Assembly (NCBI GenBank): GCA_965153285.1
Contig: OZ229118.1
DNA length: 64,000 nucleotides
Reading direction: 5' to 3' (one strand)
DNA from: Podarcis tiliguerta
Lineage: Eukaryota
The notes under the pieces were generated by a model. It saw only the letters and a list, made by a program, of their open reading frames with translations. It made no database searches and was not told the origin of the DNA. Positions 24,801 through 35,900 of this stretch are shown here, one piece after another. The translations under genes were made by a program, and so were the position numbers. Each line of letters starts with the position of its first letter. Within the stretch, counting starts at the first letter, position 1.

Positions 24801-27444
24801 TGCATGCTGGAATGCAGTGGAAGTGGGGTGTACACATTTGTCCCAGTCAGTTACTCCTTAACAAAAGCACCTACTAAACCCATTTGCACCCAAAATGATA
24901 CGTGGATGCATGGAAGTATTTGAGTTCACACATGAAACCCCAACTACTATTAATAACAAAGAATGTTATTCAGTATCATGCAGTCATTACTTCAATAGCC
25001 GTTCACCATGTAGATGAAACTGTTTTGCTTCTATACTCCATTACACCATAAATAAAATCTCTGCCTCTTTTAAACATCTTAACAGCAATTTTGCCAACCT
25101 GATTTTATTCTCCAGCTAGGAAAATGGGCACTTGCATATACTTATCCTATCCTCCATTCTCTCTTGTCCCTTAACACTCATGTTCTGTTTGCAGAATTTG
25201 CAGGATTTGTGCTCCCCAAATCTCTTGGCTGACCCATGTTGTTTGGGGATGACTTCCATTTTCTAACACACAAATAAATTGTGGATGTGGAGGCTGCATG
25301 TCTGTGAAATGTGTCATTCATATTCTTGCCACTTCGGTGAAAGGTACATGATGCTGTTTATCCTACAAGGCTCTGTATTGGTTAGAATTTGTGCTTCAAG
25401 ACAAACTTTCAAACTTTTCAGGGCTGCAAAATGAGATACCAAATCTGACATAATAGATAGCTGTCAGGTACACTGTCCCTCTGCCATCAAACCCAATTTG
25501 TGCAAGGCCCTGCACTACACCCACAGCCTTCTTGGGCTTTTGCACCCATGTAAAATTAAGACCTCTGGCTGCACTGTTGCAAGATGGGAGACTAGCGTTC
25601 CTGTATCAATGCAGGGCCACTTAGTTGGCATCCTAAGCCATGGTTTGGTTTGGCTTAACTTAACATGCGAATGAGACCAGACATTTTATGCATTATCTTT
25701 AGTACTTGGAAAAAAGGGTCTGAAGCTGATGACGATCTGGGTAAATAGTAATTCATTTATCACACAAACTTCTTCCCCTGCTCTTCAGTGAATACTTTTG
25801 TCTGAGTGGTAGCAAAATGCAGAAAAGCTAAATACTCTAGAATTCTTTGTTCAGTTAATTCATCCACAAACATGGTTTATCATGGGATAATTAACTCACA
25901 TGGGCCCCATACAAGCATAACCCAGCATGTAATAGCAGCATCCCTCTACGTATGTGTACAGGCAAGATGGATACAGCAGTGTTCCTCTTCCTATTGCCTG
26001 ACCTGTGTTTTCAGTCAAGTATTTGAGGAATAAAAAAAGAACAGCACTTGGGCAATATGTGTGCCTTACAGACAGCTTATTTTACAATGAAGTAGATCTG
26101 GAGATAATTGCAGCTTTTTTAAAGGATTATGAGCATGTAAGCACAGCACACCAATAAAGCTCAGACCAGGCACAAGGATTTCCCAACATTTCTGCACCTA
26201 GTTTTAAAAAGGAAATGCAGTTTTCCTGTCACTTTTCATGAGTAAGCAAACAAAAGTTCACCAAGTATTATTTTTTTTTAAAAAAACACCTCAATATCCG
26301 AGGAAATGGAAAAACACTAACACTACACATATAGCCTGTACTGTCAGCATTGCTTCTTATGGATGTAACTCTCCATGATCTCAGACCTTTCTGGTTTCCC
26401 AGTTCTGTCACCAAAGATGCTTTTTAGGTTCGTGACGGAATGGGAGGCCTTCTGCATTCAAGGCATACACTCTTCAAATGAACAATTTTTTCTTATTCAG
26501 AAGAGATACTCTTCAGTTATTTTTATGATGAAGGTAAAGCAGCAGCAACCAAACATTCCTGCATCATTCCTAAATCCAGAACCACCTGAGAGCCCCTTTG
26601 GCTACCAACTATCACTGATGGATGTTCACTGGCATGTTTGAATGCCAGAAAGAGGGGCTAGTTCGTGTACTGATGGAATCCATGAGGTGTTATTTCTGAA
26701 GTGGGATTAATTTGTTTTTATAAAAAAAATAACTGATTTTTAAAAGGTATAAACATGTAACAAAAAACAATTCCAAATCCAAATACTGAGATTACTCTGA
26801 ATCTCCTGACTTCCCCCCATCCCTTCCATGGGTCCTAATGATGATATTTACAACTGCGTGTCAATACTTACCCAATTTTTTGTCCTTCTAAATTATCCAT
26901 ACTTTCTGTTACTTTACAAGTGTGATTAAAATTTTGCCAATGTTTTAACTTGCTTACAGTGGTCTCGTAAATAAGCTATAAACTTTCCCCATTCTTGTTG
27001 TCTCGATTTCTGAGCTTCCCAGTTAAATTTTTGCCATTTCGGCAAGTCAACACTCATTCTTGATCTTTTCCATGACTACCTTCACGTTTCATGCTTACTA
27101 TCTGACTGCCTGTAAGACACCCTGAATTTGCGAAAACCCTCCTCCAAGCCAACATCGGGAAGGATTCTGAACGCAACTCTCCAAGCTCCTCACTCTCGCC
27201 GACACACACAAGCTCCGGTTCGACCCTTTCTAAGGCACAGCCGGCGTTGGAGGAAGGCAGGTCCAGCTCTACGCCCGAACCGAAGACAAGCGACTGCCTC
27301 ATCCAGCTGATTTCAAAGGGTCTCATTTTCGCGCAGCTGACACCCCCCCCCCAAAAAAAAAGCGGCGCGAAGGAGCGAAACTGCCCTCAACTCATCGCGC
27401 CACGAGCCTCGACAGTCCCACCCTTGCCCTCTTACCTCCACCAT
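12784..27444 (-). CDS. PLRG1: Pleiotropic regulator 1 (Prp19/CDC5L spliceosome complex WD40 protein), complete multi-exon gene
   Basis: 15 GT-AG exons: 27436-27444, 22839-22945, 21670-21812, 20903-20956, 19753-19846, 18835-18925, 18540-18641, 18028-18120, 17571-17720, 17368-17469, 16374-16476, 15689-15797, 15360-15499, 14085-14278, 12784-12843. Sum 1551 nt = 516 aa + stop. Reads [25 protein letters not shown]...[34 protein letters not shown]...[19 protein letters not shown], recognisably vertebrate PLRG1. Confidence 0.97.
14085..14278 (-). CDS. PLRG1: PLRG1 exon 14 (WD40)
   Basis: [64 protein letters not shown]. Confidence 0.95.
14809..14941. mobile_element. hAT MITE (URR1-like palindromic)
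   Basis: CAGGCATCCCCAAC ... GTTGGAGATGCCTG TIR, 8-bp TSD CTCTAAAC; related degraded copies near 37420-37490, 39460-39580 and 42700-42780. Confidence 0.8.
14950..15135. mobile_element. hAT MITE (second family), adjacent to the previous element
   Basis: CAAAGCTTTCCAAA ... TTTGGAAAGCTTTG TIR; TSD CTCTAAAC/CTCTAAAT. Confidence 0.75.
15360..15499 (-). CDS. PLRG1: PLRG1 exon 13 (WD40)
   Basis: [46 protein letters not shown]. Confidence 0.95.
15689..15797 (-). CDS. PLRG1: PLRG1 exon 12 (WD40)
   Basis: [35 protein letters not shown]. Confidence 0.95.
16374..16476 (-). CDS. PLRG1: PLRG1 exon 11 (WD40)
   Basis: [34 protein letters not shown]. Confidence 0.95.
17368..17469 (-). CDS. PLRG1: PLRG1 exon 10 (WD40)
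   Basis: [34 protein letters not shown]. Confidence 0.95.
17571..17720 (-). CDS. PLRG1: PLRG1 exon 9 (WD40)
   Basis: [23 protein letters not shown]...KCWDLEYNK. Confidence 0.95.
18028..18120 (-). CDS. PLRG1: PLRG1 exon 8 (WD40)
   Basis: [31 protein letters not shown]. Confidence 0.95.
18540..18641 (-). CDS. PLRG1: PLRG1 exon 7
   Basis: [34 protein letters not shown]. Confidence 0.94.
18835..18925 (-). CDS. PLRG1: PLRG1 exon 6
   Basis: [30 protein letters not shown]; preserves frame. Confidence 0.88.
19753..19846 (-). CDS. PLRG1: PLRG1 exon 5
   Basis: [30 protein letters not shown]. Confidence 0.92.
20718..20849. mobile_element. Tc2/mariner-like MITE in PLRG1 intron 4
   Basis: TA|CCGTATTTTTTGCTCTATAAGAC ... 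GTCTTATAGAGCGAAAAATACAG|TA. Confidence 0.75.
20903..20956 (-). CDS. PLRG1: PLRG1 exon 4
   Basis: [17 protein letters not shown]. Confidence 0.9.
21670..21812 (-). CDS. PLRG1: PLRG1 exon 3
   Basis: [20 protein letters not shown]... Confidence 0.92.
22839..22945 (-). CDS. PLRG1: PLRG1 exon 2
   Basis: [35 protein letters not shown]; AG/GT flanks. Confidence 0.93.
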
Positions 27445-27930
27445 GGTGCCAGCCTCCTCAGTTATAACCACCTGGTCATTCAGTGAAAACCGCGGCAAAA
27501 CCGACGCCGAACGCAGGCCCGTTAGCAAGAAGGCGCCACTTCCGGCGCTTTGCCTTCGCCGCGCCGGAACTGACGCGCTGTTCCCTCTGCCGCGCCTGCG
27601 CGGAGCAGTGTTTAGGGCGGAACCTCTTCGGTTCCACTCAGTGCCGGGCGCTCGCTTGATGGCGTCACCGGAGGGCTGCCCGCTCGAAACGGGAACCCCG
27701 CACGTAGCAAAGGGGGCTGAGAGCCGGAGAGAGATGAATTGATGGCTGAAGACAGTGTGGCGGCAGCCTCACGCCCTTGCCGTATGCCACATGCGCCTGG
27801 CTAGAGAGCGAGTCCCCGTGGGACTTCCAGGGAAGCGCGTGAAAAGGATGCGCTTCAAACCCCCGTGTTTCTGTTTCTCTTCCCATTAGCCGTTCTCACA
27901 GAAACACCTACGGGGCGTCACGCCATCCAG
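27130..27930. promoter_or_regulatory. CpG island / PLRG1 housekeeping promoter
   Basis: Only strongly CpG-rich block in the window; surrounds PLRG1 exon 1; ETS-type ACTTCCGG (27538-27545), CCGGAA and YY1-like GATGGCG motifs. Confidence 0.8.
27436..27444 (-). CDS. PLRG1: PLRG1 exon 1 coding part (MVE)
   Basis: GCACC-ATGGTGGAG|GTAAG inside a CpG island. Confidence 0.9.
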
Positions 27931-28371
27931 TGATTTTATAATCAGGAGCTCGGAGGTTTGTGAACAAAAATGCTCTGAAATTGAAAGCCACAGAGCCATA
28001 GGACCATTGCTAACATTATTATTGTTATTGTTCTTAATTAAATTTGTATATCGCCCTTTATCCATAGATTTCAGAGTGGTTCACAACATAAAAATGAAAA
28101 ATGAAAAAGACAAAATACGTAATAAAAACAAGAATAACACCCCCCTCCCACTCAAACACACATTTGATCATTGTTATTATTTACTCATCTGAAATATATT
28201 TTGGTGTGATCCAGGAATCAGTTCTGTTTGAGTAAGGCTGCAGAATGCGATTGGAGTGCCAGGGTAAGGTATCAGATTGATTTTCCTGTGTTACCTGACT
28301 AACTGAAGCTGCAGTCCTTTGGAATAATCCCTTTAAATTTAGTGGGAAGTAAGGCTACTCCAATCCATGTA

Positions 28372-28594
28372 CAGTGGTACCTCGGGTTAACGATGCTTCA
28401 GGTTACAAACTCCACTAACCCAGAAATAGTATATTGGGTTAAGAACTTTGCTTCAGGATGAGAACAGAAATCGTGCTCCAGCACAGCAGCAGGAGGAGGA
28501 CCCATTAGCTAAAGTGGTGCTTCAGGTTAAGAACAGTTTCAGGTTAAGAACGGACCTCCAGAATGAATTAAGTTCTTAACCTGAGGTATCACTC
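28372..28594. mobile_element. Tc1/mariner (Tigger-like) MITE, same family as 6295-6528
   Basis: CAGTGGTACCTCGGGTT TIR, TA flanks, shared internal sequence. Confidence 0.8.
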
Positions 28595-31280
28595 TACATC
28601 AGTGATGCTGGATAGTTGTCCAAAGGCATTAAACTGTGGCAGTGTTAGGAAGTAACCAGGGAAGAGCTGTGGTTCAGCAGTTAAGCACATCCTTAGCATG
28701 CAAAAGGTACTCATTGGATGGACGGATAAAACCCGTGGAAAGCAGTTGCCAGTCAATGCAGATGGTACTGACCCAGGTGGACCAATGGTCTGACTTGGCA
28801 TAACACAGCTTCCTATGAATGCTATATGACTATCCCTGTGCTGAAACTACCACCATGCACTACAGCAGTTCAAATGCCACCTTTATTTATATCATGGGTG
28901 AGGAACCTTTTTCATATCGAGGGCTGCATTCACTTCTGGTATAGTAATATATTTTAATTTTCCCTGGGTCACTGCAGTAATTTATTTGTGGATTTTTACT
29001 TATTTTTGCTGTTTTAAATCATTTTATTTGTTTCTACCTTTGTGTAGTAAATAAATTAAGTTCTGAGAGGTCGTACCTGTTAGCACTGCTGCTTGCTCTG
29101 CAGAAATGGTGGCAGCTCTATTCTTACCCACTAAGTTTTTTCTGATGCCGCTACTGAATAAAGCTAAAAGCAAATTTGTGAAAATAAAAATGGGAATATT
29201 GTGCTCAAGGCAGCACCCATACCGTCAAGATACACTGAATATAATGAATTGCAAAAGTGGCTGTGGAATGTTTGTGCGTGCGTGTGTACAGTATTGTGTA
29301 ATAATTATTGTAAAACTGAGTTCCACTACATCTGTGGACAAGTTTAATCGGATGGCTTCAGTTATGTTTTGTAACTCAGAAGGCACTAAGTGTAGTTACA
29401 GATTCTGAACAGAAGAGTGCGTGAGTTAGCTTTTCATTGACCTCAAGAAAAAGATTCTGTTTTTTTAACATTAGAAATCTGGCAAGATTTACTTGGCTCT
29501 GATATTATACATACTTATCTGTGAGTAAGCCCCAATGAATTCAATGTGGTTTACTTCTGAGCAAGCATGCATGCTGCCAGGCATGTATGTGTAGAAATGC
29601 AGCTGCACTGTTTCTAAAAAAGATCCTTGCTTGCCCTTAGAACTAGAGATAGCCAAGATTCAAATTCCTTCCAAGAAGTTTCAAAAAACAAACAAACCCC
29701 AGATCGTATCAGATTATAGTTTCTTCCAAATATTTTTACAGCTAACTATTTTGGATATGGACAGAAGTCTTTTAAATTGTTTGTTTATTCGTTTGATGAG
29801 TCCCACTTTTCTGGAGAGCTTTCAGAGCTTTTTTTAATTGTTTAGTTCAAGTTCCATGCTAAATTTCACAACCGGGTTAAGTCAGCTGATGAAAATAAAC
29901 AGGAAGCATCCCACACATTAATCTTTAAAAGTGTGTGTGTGTACTTGCTTGCTTCCAGCATATTGTCATGATGTATTCTCACTTACGAGAAACTACTACA
30001 AATATTTGTTGCCTTCAGACTACAATTTGAGAGGGTCAGAGAGAGATTTCATGTTTGCATTGCTCTTTTAAAAGACAGAGTAGGTTTGTAACCCTGCTTG
30101 GGGGAAAAGGACATTTCTAAATAAGTTAACAACCAGTAAAGACCCTCTTGCACAAACGCAGTGGCTTATCTGTGGCCTACTCATAGAATTCTGCAGAGCT
30201 GCACACAGACATATCATTTGATCTGAGAGTCACTAACTAGTGGCCTTGGCTTATCAGTCAAAGCAGGGCATTGCACCATGGCTGAACAAACCAACAAGGC
30301 AAACGATGCAGTTTAGGGTCTCTGTTCTCCACTATCCAAATATATAGGTAAATAAGAGGAAAGCCTAGGAAAAGGAGAAATGTCAGCCAACATTTTCTTG
30401 TTTTAAGAAAAACTCGTTACCTCCACCTCTTGAGTTAGAAGAATCTGCTACACATTCTCTCTCAGTAGAATGAATTACTGTACCTTCCAATAATTGCTAA
30501 GATGGTCGTTTTCCTGCCTCATCAAAAAAAGAAAAAGCAACATACTTCATAACAGTTCAAGGAAATGAAAATACTGTGTCACCTATTTGCCATATTTGAA
30601 CAACAAGGACATGCAAAGAGAGGTTCTCGGTGTTGCCCTAAAATTGTGTAATTTCCATCCCATAGATATTCAAGGCTTGAACATAATCATTTTCAAGAAG
30701 TGCTGGGAGACATTTTTATTTGGTCTGGCTTTTAATGGCTATAGCCAGAGTTAATGGTGGTGGTTTTTATTTGCCTTAGTGGGAGCGGGGTTAGGTGGAT
30801 TTGTGGGACATTTGTATTCACTACTCCATTTCCACATACTCCTAGGCTGAGACAAGCCAATAAATAATAGATAAATTTGTTCAGGAATGGGTGTCCCAAA
30901 GTCTGAGCTTCAACAACTCTGGTCCTGGGAGTAAGTCCTATTGAACTCTCAGTGAGACTTCCAAGTATAGCACAATTTTGTATGGCTATACATTTGCTAA
31001 ATAGTGTTAAATATCTCCAGATAGTCAAGTTTTCAGCTATATACACACTTCTGCTTATCCTGTGTGCTCCAACTGCTGTTCTGGGAAGCGGTAATTACAC
31101 AACATTATGGCATAAGAAGAGCCTGCTGGATCAGGCCAATGACCCATCTAGTCCAGCATTCTGTTCTCACACGGGTCAACTAGATACCTTTGGGAAGCTT
31201 GCAAACAGGATTTGAGCTTAAGAGCCCTCTTCTGAAGTTCCCAGCAGCTGTTATTCTATCAACTGGTATTCTAGCAACTA

Positions 31281-31515
31281 CAGTTGTACCTTGGATCCCG
31301 AACGCCTTGTGAGTCAAACATTTTGGCTCCCGAACGCCACAATCCCGGAAGTGAGTGTTCCGGTTTGTTCTTTGGAACCCGAATGTCCGACACAGCTTCC
31401 TGTTGGCTGTAGGGGCTTCCAGCAGCCAATCAGAAGCTGCGCCTTTATTTCTGAATGCTTTGGAAGCTGAACGGACTTCCAGAATGGATTCCGTTTGACT
31501 TCCAAGGTATGACTA
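31281..31515. mobile_element. Tc1/mariner-like MITE inserted in an older SINE-like sequence
   Basis: TA|CAGTTGTACCTTGG ... CCAAGGTATGACTA|TA. Confidence 0.65.
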
Positions 31516-32689
31516 TACTCATGGATATTTCTGAGGGCTTAGAGTTACCGCTGGCAGTTCTTTCACTAATAGTAGTCAATATTAGGCCCCAAAGTATGTC
31601 CACTGGTAGGACAGAGACCATCTCTGTATGTTTGTTGGGCCCCAGGATCAGACTTCCTGAAGCTGGCATAACTTACATAGAAGCTACCACATGCAGAGTC
31701 AGACCGTCAGTCCATCTGGCTCATCTGCACTGCCTGCCAATGGCTCTCCCAAGTTTTAAGGCAGGGCTATTTCCCACACTTTCCTGGAGATACTAGGATC
31801 TTCACCATGCAAGGCCAATGCTATACCATTGAGCTGTGGCCATTCTCCAAGTAGAGCCATGTCAGGAAAAAAGGAGATAAGTCACACATGTATCTCCTGT
31901 GCTGGCTGGATTGCAGCAGGAGATCTGATACCCCTCAATCTCGCTTAGATAGGAACTGTTAGAAGCGAGATGATATATGCTTATAAAACTTTGTTTGGCA
32001 TGGAGAGAGCTTGAGGTAGTATGCAACTAATAAGCTTAAATAAAAATCGTCATCTGGTTAACCCGGTTGATGATGTACCACATCAAAGATTTGCACAAGC
32101 TCTTCTCATTGTGTAAGCATTCAAAGCTGCTAATCTGTTGCACAGTGAGACTTAAGGTTGAAGAATAAATTGCACTTTTTAAAATGGAGATGACGTGGCT
32201 TAGGATGGGCAGCATGCAATGCCATTTGAAGACCAGGTTAGCATTTACAAAGTATGAAAAATATCCAAAACCACAGAAAGGGTATGTAAAATTACAGTAA
32301 CAGACTTGAAAACTACATGTGAGTAAAGGAAAGACCAACTCCATAGGAATTCATAGGGCATAAAAAGGGACCCCTGACCATTAGGTCATAGTCACATCAA
32401 ATAACTCTCCCTATTGATTTCAATGGGACTTAAAGGATGACATTTAACTTTCTTTAGATCTGAGACAATGTAGTTATACATAGCTTTGGGTCAGGGTTGC
32501 TGAGACCTGAAGAGCGAAAAGGAGACGAAGGAACAAGACTATCAAGACCCTGATTACAGTTGCAAACACTGCTAGTCTGTTTTCTTTACCCAATTTCTTA
32601 CGACTACAACCTTTTTAATTTCCGCAAATGAACAGGGCTATATTTAAATGACACCTATTTGTCCTCCCTTGAAGATGGTACATAGAAAA

Positions 32690-32818
32690 GATGTTGCTCA
32701 ACTGGAGACTTTGTCCAGGCACAAACTCTGAACATTTAGGTTAAATATTAACAGTGTGTGGGATGGCAGAGCTATCATTAACCAGCTAAGATACTTCAGG
32801 TTGATTCATTTATATATG
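32690..32818 (+). promoter_or_regulatory. FGB liver promoter: C/EBP, HNF1 and TATA elements
   Basis: GATGTTGCTCAA (C/EBP-like, 32690-32701), GTTAAATATTAAC (HNF1, 32740-32752), TATATAT (32811-32817); same order as mammalian FGB promoters. Confidence 0.75.
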
Positions 32819-32889
32819 ATCACTGACTTGCTTTCTCTGATTTTACAGAGGGGAGGAAAGCTGCTAAGATGCTCATGCAATCCAAAATC

Positions 32890-32973
32890 ATGAAACTACT
32901 GTTGCTGTTTCTCCTTTCTGTTGTTGTCGTTGTTAAATCCCAGGCTGCTGTTGACTATGATGATGAAGAGGAG
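32890..32973 (+). CDS. FGB: FGB exon 1 (signal peptide, start of fibrinopeptide B)
   Basis: [28 protein letters not shown]|GTTAG. Confidence 0.9.
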
Positions 32974-35900
32974 GTTAGAATATAAAGGTTTTTTTAATAA
33001 TAATAATAATAATAATAATGTGTTCGCATTTTTGGTTTAGATTTCAGAAAATAGAGGCAAAACCTAATACCGTTTTATTTGCATTAAGGAAATAATAATT
33101 TGCAAATTAAACATGTAGGAAAGAAGGGTTGAATTCTTGAGTTATGTGTAATTAATGCTAATCCTTTTCCCTTCTTTCTTCCCTTTTCCTTTATATAGGC
33201 AACCACAACCGCAGCTCCGGTAAGACCAAGTTTTCTTCTTAATTAAAGAAAAACAAACCACATAATGGTTACAATTATGGATTCCGTTCCAGAAACTTAC
33301 GTATTTGCTTATAATTTGCTGTCAAATAATTGTGTGTGTGAAAAAAATGCACTTACCTCCAATTTAAGAATTTATTTAATATTGCCATTCCAGAGACATT
33401 TATCATTCATTTCTTGAAATAAAGCTGGCGGGTGGGGTGAGGAAAGCCTGCTGGTCCTCATGGGATTATTCAGGTATAGTTTGACTGTTTCCACATAAGA
33501 TACTGAAAAGGACATGGTACCATCAGTGGGAAGAAAAATTCTCTAACATGAGAATTCAATAGCACATGAACTTTGTCTTTGGGAACACTGTCACCTTTTG
33601 TGAATTCAGTTAATCTTTTGAATGAAGTTCAGTGGGTAATTATTTGTATTGTAATATATTATCTCATTTTATCTTAAAATTGATTTTTGCCTTCCATTGC
33701 TTTTGGATTCATTTTTTCTCAGGTTTTGTTCATTTCATTGGGATTTTAGGTTAGGAATATCTAAGGGATATTAGCCCTATTCCTTATGCATCTTTATGTA
33801 TTTGTAAGCACAAAAACTCATAATTGTTAGGACCAAACTGCACCTTTCAATGCAGTTTTTTCCAATTAAAAAATATGCTGGGAAGGGTGCATGTCCAAGC
33901 AAAGAATAAATAGGCAGGCATTTCTCTATCTGCTGTTATTCTCCAGATGACATGCTAAGTGATTTCCCCATCCCTTAATGGGTTTCAAAAGAATGTCAAA
34001 TATATTGAAGAATTTACTTGCCTCCAACCACAGATTTCTGCATACAGTTTTATTCTGAGCTTCCTTGATGACCCCTGTGCCCAGTCCAATCCAAAATACT
34101 AGAGCAGGCCTGGTTTGTTCATAATACCAACCCATGCTTTATTAAACCATGACTTAGTATTACACATAAACCCTGCCCAGTGCTTAACTGTGCTTTATTA
34201 ACTGCCAACAAACCACAATCTGAAGCCATGGTTTGTTGTTGGCTTACAAACCTTAGTTTGTTTTAACTATGGCTTGGCGTTACATGTGAACCTATCAGCT
34301 TTATTTATTCAATTTCCATCCTGCCATTCCTGCCAAAGGAGCCCAGATGGAACATGACGAAGCAGCAAAACAGTACAGGTTAAAGAAAAGTAAGTAAAAT
34401 AGATGAAAACATTTTAAACCATTAAGAACATATGGAAAAACTTTAAAAATATGCAGCCCCAGCCCCTCCCCAAACTACACAGGAGAGAGCAACTGGAAAA
34501 TGAGCAAAACTTTGGAGGAATAAATACTTTGGTAGATGCACAACGTATTCTTTTTATAATGTAAATTGTTTGCAGATTATAACAGTAACAGGATTATTTA
34601 TCCTCCCACTGCCGTCGCTGAACAGGATGACGGCGATGGAGTAGATGCACGAGGTCACAGGCCACTGAACAAAAAACGGGAGCCATATCCAACTCTGCGT
34701 CCAGCTCCTCTTCCTCCCAGTAGTGGCTTTCGCTATCGGGCTCGTCCAACTAAACCACCTGTGGCTGGCCGAAAGAGAGAGCAGGTTGTATTCCCTGACC
34801 GTGGAGGCTGCAAACATATGTCGGAAGAGCTGGTAGGTTTATGTGCATTACTAGTGTGGTGGGACGGTAATTCTTAAGAGCAAGTAGCAGGTTTCATCCT
34901 GTTTGATAAGGCTACCTCTTGGAAGCACTTCGGTGGGAAAGTATATGTGCTATTAGTCCATTTCTTGTTGGCTTGCTTTGGGCTGTAATCCTGATATTTC
35001 AAAAATTACAAACATGCACTGCTGGGGAGCTTGCTCCAGAGCTACTTTGCCGGGTCTATAGTGAAACATCTGTGTGGCCGTCAGGTATTTATATGGCAGC
35101 TGCTTTTAAACAATAGCTATTTTAATGGTTTAAGAACTCATCTTGTTTACACATCATAACACAGACATTCTGTTCTTTATCTCTCCCAATTACCAGCCAT
35201 CTGTTATGACAAAACCAGCTACAAATGTGTGGCTGGCCAATTAATTGATTTGTTAGCACCTACTTTGTATGCCCGATCCGTATATGCCTGAAATTCTGTG
35301 GAGGTAACCTTCTTGTGATTCAATTCCATATCACTCATGGTCATGTATGAATTAAGCAATCAGATAGACAGGGCCAATTATGTCTCTCTCTCTTTTTTAC
35401 CCATTCAGAACTCCATTCACACCCACACCCAAGCACTATGGGATGGCATCGCTACTTGCATAATTTTTTTAAAAAGCATGCACATTGAATTTAAAAAATG
35501 TACTTAATGTCATTTTAGTTCTAACCTACTGCATTCAGTCGCATTGTGTTTGTGTGTGCGCGCTTTTTAAAGGGAGTCTTATGCCCAACTGGATGTGAGC
35601 TGCGGACTGCGCTGCTGAAACAGGAAAGGACGGTGAAGCCAACTGTGCAGGATCTAACAGACAAAGTGCAGAAGCTAGAGCAGTCCACTTCAACTATATA
35701 TTCTTATACCCATCTGCTGGATGAGAGGCTAGCAAAGAAACAGAAACAAGTACTAGGTAAACCCTGCTATTGTTATTTATCACTTGCTGCAAATCAATAC
35801 ATAGGCAAAACTGCCTTGCTCTGGGTATCCTGAAAGGCTTCTCAAGAAAGATGAATGATAATAATGACCACCAGAGGGCACATTCGTGACCACACTCCCT

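Noticed and set aside
34566-34625. ORF-track N-terminal extension or alternative acceptors upstream of the FGB knob-B exon
   Set aside because: The upstream AGs (34575, 34585, 34591) are out of phase with exon 1; only 34626 keeps the frame.
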